NCBI GenBank assembly: GCA_046292385.1
Contig: JBKBRF010000060.1
Location: 1 to 36,857, forward strand
Origin: Armatimonadota bacterium
GTDB lineage: Bacteria; Armatimonadota; SYMT01
Direction of reading: 5' to 3'
Length of the DNA stretch: 36,857 nt
Shown here: positions 26,985 through 34,622 of the stretch, one piece after another
How the letters are laid out: each line of letters begins with the position of its first letter
Position numbering within the stretch: position 1 is the stretch's first letter
The notes under the pieces: model-generated
What the model was told of the DNA's origin: nothing
The model's input: only the letters and a program-made list of their open reading frames with translations
Databases searched by the model: none
Program-made: the position numbers and the translations under genes

Positions 26985-27827
26985 TTGAGTCAAGACAGCT
27001 TCTGGAACAAGTGGGGAGGCGAGCCCGAGGCGGAGGAGAAGAAGCCCGAAGGCGCGGCCCCGGCCCAGGCCGCCGCGGAATCCTCCGGCATCGACTCGGA
27101 CGTGCTGGCGCAGTGGCTGCAGGACCTCCCGGCCGACGACCCCCTCGTCTCGCCGCCCGCGCCCGGCGCTCCGGCGAAGAGCCCGTCCGAGCCGGCGCAG
27201 TGGCCGCCCGCGGAGCCGGTCGATCCGTTCCAGGGCCTGCAGTCCGGCTCGCCCGCCAGCAGCAGCGAGCTCGACTGGGACCTCTCCCTCGATGCCGAGC
27301 CGGTCCCCGCCGCCGCGCCGTCCTCCTCCCTCGCCCCGCCCCCGCCGGGACCGCCCGCTGGTGCCGGCGACTTCGACTTCGGCGACATGGCACCCGCCCC
27401 GGCCGCCGCCGCTCCCGCGCCCCCCGCACCGCCTGTGCAGTCGCCCTTCGGCCCGCCCCCGCCCCCGCCGGCGCCGCCCGCGGAAGCGCTGCAGGCGCCG
27501 CCCCTGCGGGTGGAGGTGCGGACCGGCCGGCGCACCTTCGAGCTGTCGATCCACGGTGAGGCGCTGATCGGACGCCCGGATGCCCGGCGCGGGCTGAACC
27601 CGGAGATCGACCTGCGGACCGACGACGCCGTCTCCCGGCGGCACGCGAAGATCTTCGTCCGGGACGGGAAGTACGTGCTGACCGACCTGAACAGCACCAA
27701 CGGCACCCGCCTGAACCGGGAGTGGCTCCCGCCGGAAGCGGAAGCGCAGCTCAAAGCGGGCGACGAGATCGAAGTGGGAGAGCTCACCCTGATCCGCGTC
27801 CTGGAGGCGCCGGAAGTCCATGCCTAA
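26985..27827 (+). CDS. FHA domain protein with Pro/acidic disordered N-terminus
   Basis: IGR, VSRRHA, DLNSTNGT and LKAGDEIEVG; TTG start after GGGAG. Confidence 0.9.
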   Translation: MSQDSFWNKWGGEPEAEEKKPEGAAPAQAAAESSGIDSDVLAQWLQDLPADDPLVSPPAPGAPAKSPSEPAQWPPAEPVDPFQGLQSGSPASSSELDWDLSLDAEPVPAAAPSSSLAPPPPGPPAGAGDFDFGDMAPAPAAAAPAPPAPPVQSPFGPPPPPPAPPAEALQAPPLRVEVRTGRRTFELSIHGEALIGRPDARRGLNPEIDLRTDDAVSRRHAKIFVRDGKYVLTDLNSTNGTRLNREWLPPEAEAQLKAGDEIEVGELTLIRVLEAPEVHA

Positions 27828-29349
27828 GCGGGTCCGGACCGGGGAGCACTACCTGCTGGCGCCCGGGGAGAGCCTGCCGGGTAAGGAGCAGTACCGGATC
27901 GAGGCCTACCTGGGGCAGGGCGCCTTCGCGGCGGCGTATCGGGCGGTGAACGAGGCGGGCGACACCTGCTTCATCAAGGAGTACTTCCCCGCCGGCCGCC
28001 CGAGCGAGGCCCCGGAGCTGGCGCGCGTCTACGCCACCGAGCGCGACGTGGTGCGCCGCCTCGGAAACTACGAGCTGATCCCCCGGTTCCGGGACGCGTT
28101 CCAGTACGAGGGCTTCTCCTACCTGGTGACCGACTTCATCCCCGGACCGGACCTGGAGAGCGTGCTCCGCTCCGGCCAGAAGCCGGACATGGAGGTACTG
28201 GTCCGCTGGGCGGTCTGCCTCTGCCACGAGCTCGCGTTCATCCACAAGCTCAACGTGGTGCACCACGACCTCAAGCCGGCGAACATCCGGCTCAACCAGG
28301 ACGGAGACCCGGTGCTGGTCGACTTCAGCGCCGCCCACTGGTACCGCCGCCCGGGGGAAACCACCGACCAGCTCTACGGCTCCGACAGCTACCTGGCGCC
28401 GGAGTTCGCGGACCGGTCCGTGGAAGACGCCGAAGCGGGCAAGAAGATGGACGTCTTCGCCATGGGACGGATCCTGGTGGAGCTGATGGTCGGCGAGCGC
28501 CTCTCCCAGGACGAGATCAACCGCCGCCACGACCAGCTCTACGGGCAGATCCTCCACAGCGGCAAGCTCGACATCTCCTTCGTGCGCAGCGTCTTCCGCT
28601 CCGTGGCTTACGATCCGGAGCGCCGCTACAGCAGTGGGGTGGAGCTGGCGGAAGACATCCTGCCGGCCGCGCCGCCCGTCGGACGCGTGCGTCCCACCTC
28701 TCTCGACTTCGGGGTGGTCACCGACACCACCCCACGCGAGATGGTGATCCAGTGCTACAACGTCGGCGGCGGCACCCTGCGGGGCGAGGTCGCGGCCGAT
28801 GCCCCCTGGATCGAGATCGGCGCCTCCGGGGCGGTGCTCGGCGCCCACGCCATGTTCGAGCGCAACCGGCAGGCGGTGCGGGTGGTCGTTTACCCCGAGC
28901 GAATGCCGGCCGGCTCCAGCGGCTCCGGCCGCGTGGTGATCACCTTTCCCAGCGGCGCCGTGGAGGTGCCGGTCTTGCTGCAGCGCACCGCGGACGTGTC
29001 GCAAGTCTCGGTGCAGCCGGAGAGCCTCCGCGTCAATGTGCAGGCGGGAGGAGAAGGGGTCGGCCGGCTCGTGTTCGCCAACGACGGCAACGCGCCGGCT
29101 GCGGTGCGGGTGGAGCGCCCCCCCGATTTCCGGCTGGCGGTGGAGCCGGCGGAGTTCGTGCTGCCGCCGCGGGGCCGCCAGGAAGTGGCGGTGACGATCG
29201 ACAGCCAAGTGCTCGGCGACGCCGCCGCGGAGACTCAGCTCCGCTGGAGCGTAGACGGAAACCCCCGTCCGGGCATCCCGCTCAACGCCGGCGTCCGTCG
29301 CGGCGGCCTAGTGGCCTCCCTCACGGACCGCTTCCGGAAAAAGGGGTAG
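27820..29349 (+). CDS. Hanks-type Ser/Thr kinase with two C-terminal Ig-like (BACON/ASPM-like) domains
   Basis: LGQGAFA, FIKE, HHDLKPANI, VDFS, YLAPE, DVFAMG; PTSLDFG..NVGGGTL..PWI and QPESL..NDGNAP. Confidence 0.93.
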   Translation: MPKRVRTGEHYLLAPGESLPGKEQYRIEAYLGQGAFAAAYRAVNEAGDTCFIKEYFPAGRPSEAPELARVYATERDVVRRLGNYELIPRFRDAFQYEGFSYLVTDFIPGPDLESVLRSGQKPDMEVLVRWAVCLCHELAFIHKLNVVHHDLKPANIRLNQDGDPVLVDFSAAHWYRRPGETTDQLYGSDSYLAPEFADRSVEDAEAGKKMDVFAMGRILVELMVGERLSQDEINRRHDQLYGQILHSGKLDISFVRSVFRSVAYDPERRYSSGVELAEDILPAAPPVGRVRPTSLDFGVVTDTTPREMVIQCYNVGGGTLRGEVAADAPWIEIGASGAVLGAHAMFERNRQAVRVVVYPERMPAGSSGSGRVVITFPSGAVEVPVLLQRTADVSQVSVQPESLRVNVQAGGEGVGRLVFANDGNAPAAVRVERPPDFRLAVEPAEFVLPPRGRQEVAVTIDSQVLGDAAAETQLRWSVDGNPRPGIPLNAGVRRGGLVASLTDRFRKKG

Positions 29350-29360
29350 GGCTTCGCCCA

Positions 29361-29389
29361 GGGTCTAGGGTCTAGGGTCTAGGGTGTAG
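29361..29389. repeat. Heptamer array (TCTAGGG)
   Basis: gggtctagggtctagggtctagggtgtag; same family at about 8674-8702 and 34320-34350. Confidence 0.85.
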
Positions 29390-29430
29390 CTCTGTCTGTG
29401 AGCCGCTGCGGCATTCGAGTATCACTACCT

Positions 29431-29486
29431 TTAGCCTTTAGCCTTTAGCCTTTAGCCTTTAGCCTTCTGCCTTTAGCCTTATGCCT
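29431..29486. repeat. Heptamer array (TTAGCCT/TCTGCCT) whose last unit TATGCCT contains the vWA start codon
   Basis: 5 TTAGCCT, then TCTGCCT, TTAGCCT and TATGCCT. Confidence 0.93.
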
Positions 29487-30899
29487 GCAGCTTTTGACGT
29501 GGAAGTGACCCTGGCGCGGCCCGCGGCCGCGGCCGGGGCGGAGCCGGAGGAGCCGGTGCGCGCCTGTATTCGGGTGAAGCCGCAGAACGGCGGCCCGGCG
29601 CGTCCGCGGCTCGATCTCTCGTTCGTGCTCGACGCGAGCGCCAGCATGCACCGCTTCGTGCTCGATCCGCAGCAGCGGGAGCAGTGGCGGCAGCGCGCGG
29701 AGCAGCGGGGGGAGATCTCCCGGCAGAGCACCGACGGCCGCACCGGCATGGTCTGGACCGGCCAGACGCTGCGGGAGCTGCAGCAGGTGGTGAGCACCCC
29801 GATGCTCAGCTCCCTGCGCGGCGTCTGGCGGACGCTGGAGTCGCTGGAGCTGAGCGATCAGATCAGCGTCACCGCCTTTGCGGACCAGGCGGCCCCGATC
29901 TACCAGGACACCGGCGCGGGGAGCCGGGACGAGCGGCTGGCGACCGCCAAGGTGGCGCTCGGCCGGCTGGGGAGTGGGGTCGACGAGAGCGGCCTCGGCC
30001 GGGGCACCCGGCTGGCGGCGGCGCTGCACGGCGCCCTCTCCCGCTCCGCCCAGGTGCCGGGCCAGGACGCGGCGGAAGTGGTGCGGCGGATCATCCTCGT
30101 GAGCGACGGCATCATCGAAGACGCCGAGGCGTGCCGGCCGCTCCTCGATAGGGCGGTCGACCACGGCGTGGTGATCAGCGTCATCGGCGTAGGTGACGAG
30201 TTCGACGAAGAGTTCCTGATGGGGATTGCGGACCTGACCCGCGGCAACTACTACTACGCCCCCACGGCGCCGGAAGTGGAGCAGGCGATGGCCGCGGAGC
30301 GGGAGGTGGTGGCCGGGACCGTCGCCCGCAAGGCGCGGCTCTCCATCGTCCCGGAGGCCGGCTCGATCTTCCACGACGTCTACCCCGTGGCGCCCACCTT
30401 CTCGGAGTTCCGCGCCACCTGGGTGGAAGACGGCGCCTGGAGCTTCCACCTGGGCGACCTCTCCACCAACCAGAAGACGGAGCTGCTGCTGGAGCTGGCG
30501 CCCGCCGCTCACGGCGAGGGGCAGGTGCGGATCGGCTCCGTGCGCGTGGAAGGCCACACGCCGGAGAGCGGCGAGAGCTTCACCGCGGAGGCGCCCGTCC
30601 AGCTCTACTACACCAGCGACCCGATGCTGCTCCAGGCCCGGGATGAAGAGGTGCTGGAGACGGCGCAGCGGCTGGAGATCTACCGCGAGGAGCGCCGCGC
30701 CGCCGAGGCGCTGAGCCGCGGCGACCGCGACAGCGCCACCCGCCACCTGCAGTCCGCCACCCGCATGCTCCGGCAAGTCGGCGCCGCCGAACTGGCCGAC
30801 GAAATGGACGCCGCCGCAGACGACGCCGCCGCCGGCACCCGCGACCTGAGCCGCACCAAGCGCGTCAAAGCCGGCACCCGCCGCCTGAACCGGGGCTAA
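29481..30899 (+). CDS. vWA domain protein (cytoplasmic, with C-terminal Ig-like and helical extension)
   Basis: VLDASASM MIDAS, GTRL, IILVSDG, IGVGDEFDEEFLMGIAD..GNYYY and terminal TKRVKAGTRRL. Confidence 0.93.
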   Translation: MPAAFDVEVTLARPAAAAGAEPEEPVRACIRVKPQNGGPARPRLDLSFVLDASASMHRFVLDPQQREQWRQRAEQRGEISRQSTDGRTGMVWTGQTLRELQQVVSTPMLSSLRGVWRTLESLELSDQISVTAFADQAAPIYQDTGAGSRDERLATAKVALGRLGSGVDESGLGRGTRLAAALHGALSRSAQVPGQDAAEVVRRIILVSDGIIEDAEACRPLLDRAVDHGVVISVIGVGDEFDEEFLMGIADLTRGNYYYAPTAPEVEQAMAAEREVVAGTVARKARLSIVPEAGSIFHDVYPVAPTFSEFRATWVEDGAWSFHLGDLSTNQKTELLLELAPAAHGEGQVRIGSVRVEGHTPESGESFTAEAPVQLYYTSDPMLLQARDEEVLETAQRLEIYREERRAAEALSRGDRDSATRHLQSATRMLRQVGAAELADEMDAAADDAAAGTRDLSRTKRVKAGTRRLNRG

Positions 30900-30908
30900 A
30901 CGGGGTCT

Positions 30909-31222
30909 CGAACCGGATTTCACCGCAGAGACGCAGAGAGCGCGGAGAGAGCCCGAACGAGGATTCGAACCGGGTTTACCGCCAAGAGCGCGAAGGACGC
31001 AAAGCGGGACCGGAAGTGACACACCACGGGGTCGCAATACGGTATTCGACAGGCGAACCAGGCCCCTCCCGTGCATCCTCTGGTTCCCCTCTGCGCTCTC
31101 CGCGTCCTCTGCGGTGAATCAGGTTCGGACCGGGGCCGCAGCAGGAGCTCGGAAAGCAGACCAGGCCCAGAACTCTGTCCCCCTCTCTGTGCCCTCTGTG
31201 CGCTCTGTGGTGAAATAAGGTC
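30909..31222. repeat. Four nonamer-phased arms in inverted arrangement (TTCACCGCAGAG.. family)
   Basis: Two forward arms (30909-30950, 30966-31004) and two reverse arms (31088-31128, 31182-31215) between convergent genes. Confidence 0.85.
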
Positions 31223-31228
31223 CGGAAT

Positions 31229-32269
31229 TCACCCCAGCCGCAGCCTGCGGCCGGTGATGGCGGGGCGGATCGTGTCGCCGTCCCACTCCTCGTAGGTGCG
31301 GCCGAGCTCCCAGGGGGCGGGGCCGACGAACTCGGTGCGGGCGCCTTCGATCCGGATCTCCTGCTTCCCGGGGTCGAGCGTTACCACCGCCCAGAGCGGC
31401 TCCCGGTACGGCACGGTGTACTTGATGGAGGGGTGGGCGCGGTCGACCTCGTCGCCGTAGCGGACCCGAGCGAACTGCGGGCCGACCCAGAAGTACGACG
31501 CGCTGTTCACCTGCGCGTAGTGGATCCCGTTGATCTCCACGGCGTAGTCGCGGTGGTAGTGCCCGGCGAAGCAGGCGACCACCTTCCTTCGCCCCGCCTC
31601 CCGGTTCGCCGCCTCCAGGACGGCGCGCACCTCTTCCTGGTTCTGCACGCCGCCGGGCCGCTCCAGCGGCTGGTGGATGAAGAGCACGGTGGGCCGGTGC
31701 GAGGCGGCGAGGTCTTTCCGCAGCCACTCGAGCTGCTCCGGGCCGAGGTAGCGCCGGTAGCCCGGGACCGGGTTCTCCGCACGGTCGTTTCCGTCGAGCA
31801 CCACGAAGTGGAAGCCGCCGCGGTCGAACGAGTAGTAGGGCCGCTCCATGCCCCAGAAGGCGACCGTCTCCGCTCGGCGATAGCCGTAGGCTCCCGTCCG
31901 GTCTTCGCCATCGCCGTCCATGTCGTGGTTGCCCAGCACGTGGTACCGCGGGCCGGGGAAGCGCTTCCAGATTGCGAGGAACTCCCGGTTCTTCGGATGG
32001 GGAACGCAGAAGTCGCCGAGCTGGATCACGAAGTCGACCCGCTCCCGCTGCATCCGGTCGACGAACGCCCGCAGCCGCGCGCCGGCGTCATGCATGATGT
32101 CCTGGTGGACGTCGGTGATCACTCCGAACCGGAGCGGCGCCTCCTCCGCCCCGGCGCCCTCCGCCAGCAGCCACGAGAGCGCGCCGGCCCCCAGCGCCTG
32201 GAGCACCCGCCTCCGCCCCGGCGGCTGCGGACAGGAAGCCTCGGAGATCAGTCCCGGAAACGACTGCAT
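31229..32269 (-). CDS. Tat-exported calcineurin-like metallophosphoesterase
   Basis: RRRVL leader, DVH, GDF, GNHD, FIHQ, GHYH. Confidence 0.93.
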   Translation of the reverse strand: MQSFPGLISEASCPQPPGRRRVLQALGAGALSWLLAEGAGAEEAPLRFGVITDVHQDIMHDAGARLRAFVDRMQRERVDFVIQLGDFCVPHPKNREFLAIWKRFPGPRYHVLGNHDMDGDGEDRTGAYGYRRAETVAFWGMERPYYSFDRGGFHFVVLDGNDRAENPVPGYRRYLGPEQLEWLRKDLAASHRPTVLFIHQPLERPGGVQNQEEVRAVLEAANREAGRRKVVACFAGHYHRDYAVEINGIHYAQVNSASYFWVGPQFARVRYGDEVDRAHPSIKYTVPYREPLWAVVTLDPGKQEIRIEGARTEFVGPAPWELGRTYEEWDGDTIRPAITGRRLRLG

Positions 32270-32287
32270 GGCGCGGATCCTCCGGTG

Positions 32288-34318
32288 TCAGTCGCAGGTC
32301 GCGTCGCCGAAGAGGGCGGCGACCTCGTCCTCTTCCCAGGTGAGAAAGACGGGGCGGCCGTGCGGGCAGGTGTAGGGGTTGCGCGCGCGGCGCAGCTCTT
32401 CCAGCAGCCGCTCCATCTCCGCCGTGCTGAGTCGCTGGCCCGCCTTGATCGCCCGCTTGCAGGAGCGCCCCGCAGCCGCCGCGGCGACCTGCTCCTTCTG
32501 CAGCCGCACCTGGCCGCCGTGCGACTGCTCCGCCAGCTCGTCCACCAGGTCGCGGAAGGCGGCGGCGTAGTCCCGCCCCAGCAGGCTCCGCGGGACGGCG
32601 CGCAGGCGGAAGCGGGCGGCGCCGAAAGGCTCCACCACGAAGCCGAGCTCCGCCAGCAGCTCCGCGTGCTCCTCCAGTGCCAGGGCGCGGGTGCGGTCTA
32701 GGTCGAGGGTCGCCGGCAGCAGCAGCGGCTCGGCCGGCTCGGCGGCGGCGCCGGGCGCGGTCAGGCGGTCGAAGAGCACCCGCTCGTGGGCGACGTGCTG
32801 GTCGATCACCCAGAGCTTGCCGCCGCCCTCCGCCAGGATGAACAGCTCCTGCGCCTGTCCCAGCAGCGTCAGCGCCTCCAGCGAGGGTGCCTCTTCCACT
32901 TCCGGTCGGGGCGCCGCGGCCGCAGGAGCAGAAGGGGGCTCCGCCGCGGCGGGCCGCCACGCCTCCGCGGGCTCGCGCGCCGGCACCGGGGGCCGGGAGG
33001 GCCAGGAGATGCGCGGCGCCGCGTCTTCGGCGTCGCCGGCGAACGGGTCGAAGTCGCCCGCGCTGGCGGAGCGGGAGGAGGTCTGGCCGCTCTCTTCGGT
33101 TTCCCGGCGCGACGGACCGGGCGCGCTGTACCGCCGCTCCCACGGCGGGGGCGGACCGCCAATGGCGCGCTCCGCGAACGGCAGCTCTCCAGGCGCCGCG
33201 GGCTCCGCCGGGGGCGCGGCCGGCTCGGCGACGCGGAGGCTCGGCGGCGGCATCGGGGCTTCGTAGGCGCTCGCTTCCAGCAGGGTGCCGGTCTCCGCCG
33301 GAGCCCCCGCGGAGCGCAGCGCGCCGAGCACCGCCTGCGTGATCGCCCGCTGCACTGCCTTCTCGTCCTGGAACCGGACCTCCGTCTTGGCGGGGTGGAC
33401 GTTCACGTCGACCTCCCCCGGCGGCACCTGGATGAAGAGGACGGCGGCGGGGTGGCGGCCGGACGGCATGGAGGCGCGGAAGGCGTCGTCGAGCGCGCGG
33501 AAGAAGAGGGGCGAGCGGACCGCCCGGCCGTTGACGTAGAAGTGCTGCAGGCCCCGGTTGGCGCGCGTCAGGGTGGGCCGTCCCACGAAGCCGGAGACCC
33601 GGACCTCGCCCTCGGCGGGCGCCACTTCGGGCGAAGGCCCGACTCGGAGGAGGTCACGCGCGACCGGCCGGCCCAGCACGGCGACCACCGCGTTGAGCGG
33701 GTCCTGCGAGCCGGGGGAGAGGAGGGCTTCGCGGCGGTCGTGCGTCAGGCGGAAGCTGACGTCGGGGCGCGAGAGCGCGAGCCGCTGCAGCCACTCGGTG
33801 ATCTGCGTCGCCTCCGTGCTCTCCGCGCGCAGGAACTTCTCCCGGACGGGCACGTTGTAGAAGAGCCGCTCCACGCTGATGGTGGTGCCGACCGCCGCCG
33901 CGGCCGGCTCCTCCGCCGTCACCACCCCGCCCTCTACCCGGATGCGGGTTCCCCCCGGCTCGTCCGGCGTGCGGGTCAGGATCTCCAGGTGGCTCACCGC
34001 CGCGATGCTCGGCAGCGCCTCTCCGCGGAAGCCGAGCGTGTGGATGTTGAAGAGGTCATCGGCCCCGCGGAGCTTGCTGGTGGCGTGCCGGTGCAGCGCC
34101 AGCCGCGCCTCCGCCGGGGTCATGCCACAGCCGTCGTCGGTCACCCGGATCAGCGCCTTCCCCCCGGCCTGTGTCTCCACGCTCACCCGCTTCGCCCCGG
34201 CGTCCAGCGCGTTCTCCACCAGCTCCTTCACCACGGAAGCCGGCCGCTCCACCACCTCGCCCGCGGCGATGCGCTCCGCGACTTCGGTCGGCAGAATCCA
34301 GATGCGAGGTTCAGGCAT
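32288..34318 (-). CDS. mutL: DNA mismatch repair endonuclease MutL
   Basis: IAAGEVVERPASVVKELVEN, HATSK, GFRGEAL, VDVNVHPAK, DQHVAHER, SCK, CPHGRP. Confidence 0.98.
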   Translation of the reverse strand: MPEPRIWILPTEVAERIAAGEVVERPASVVKELVENALDAGAKRVSVETQAGGKALIRVTDDGCGMTPAEARLALHRHATSKLRGADDLFNIHTLGFRGEALPSIAAVSHLEILTRTPDEPGGTRIRVEGGVVTAEEPAAAAVGTTISVERLFYNVPVREKFLRAESTEATQITEWLQRLALSRPDVSFRLTHDRREALLSPGSQDPLNAVVAVLGRPVARDLLRVGPSPEVAPAEGEVRVSGFVGRPTLTRANRGLQHFYVNGRAVRSPLFFRALDDAFRASMPSGRHPAAVLFIQVPPGEVDVNVHPAKTEVRFQDEKAVQRAITQAVLGALRSAGAPAETGTLLEASAYEAPMPPPSLRVAEPAAPPAEPAAPGELPFAERAIGGPPPPWERRYSAPGPSRRETEESGQTSSRSASAGDFDPFAGDAEDAAPRISWPSRPPVPAREPAEAWRPAAAEPPSAPAAAAPRPEVEEAPSLEALTLLGQAQELFILAEGGGKLWVIDQHVAHERVLFDRLTAPGAAAEPAEPLLLPATLDLDRTRALALEEHAELLAELGFVVEPFGAARFRLRAVPRSLLGRDYAAAFRDLVDELAEQSHGGQVRLQKEQVAAAAAGRSCKRAIKAGQRLSTAEMERLLEELRRARNPYTCPHGRPVFLTWEEDEVAALFGDATCD

Positions 34319-34319
34319 T

Positions 34320-34622
34320 GGGTTAGGGTCTAGGGGATAGGGTCTAGGGTGGTAGTAGCGGAAGCGAGGGATCTCTCCCGCGGCCTCACCCCCGGCCCCT
34401 CTCCTGAGAGGAGAGGGGAGCTATCGGTGTTAGGCAGGCTGACTCCCCCTTGCCTTCGAGGGAAGGGGGCCGGGGGGTTAGGCCACGCCAGGTGGCAGCC
34501 GCTTCCAATCGCGAGTTCGTCCGAGCGCCACCGTCGAGTAAGAGTAGGATTACGAGTAGGAGTAGGAGCTCCTGGACGCGGAGGGTTCGGAATTCATCCC
34601 TCATCCTTCCGCCCTCATCCCT
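34320..34622. repeat. Mosaic intergenic repeat region
   Basis: TCTAGGG heptamers (34320-34350), paired CCCCTCTCC palindromes (34384-34482), GAGTAG hexamers (34535-34569) and CATCCCT heptamers (34595-34622). Confidence 0.8.

Noticed and set aside
31229..32269. Metallophosphoesterase as the phosphatase of the FHA-kinase-vWA module
   Set aside because: It is on the opposite strand and Tat-exported, whereas the module is cytoplasmic.
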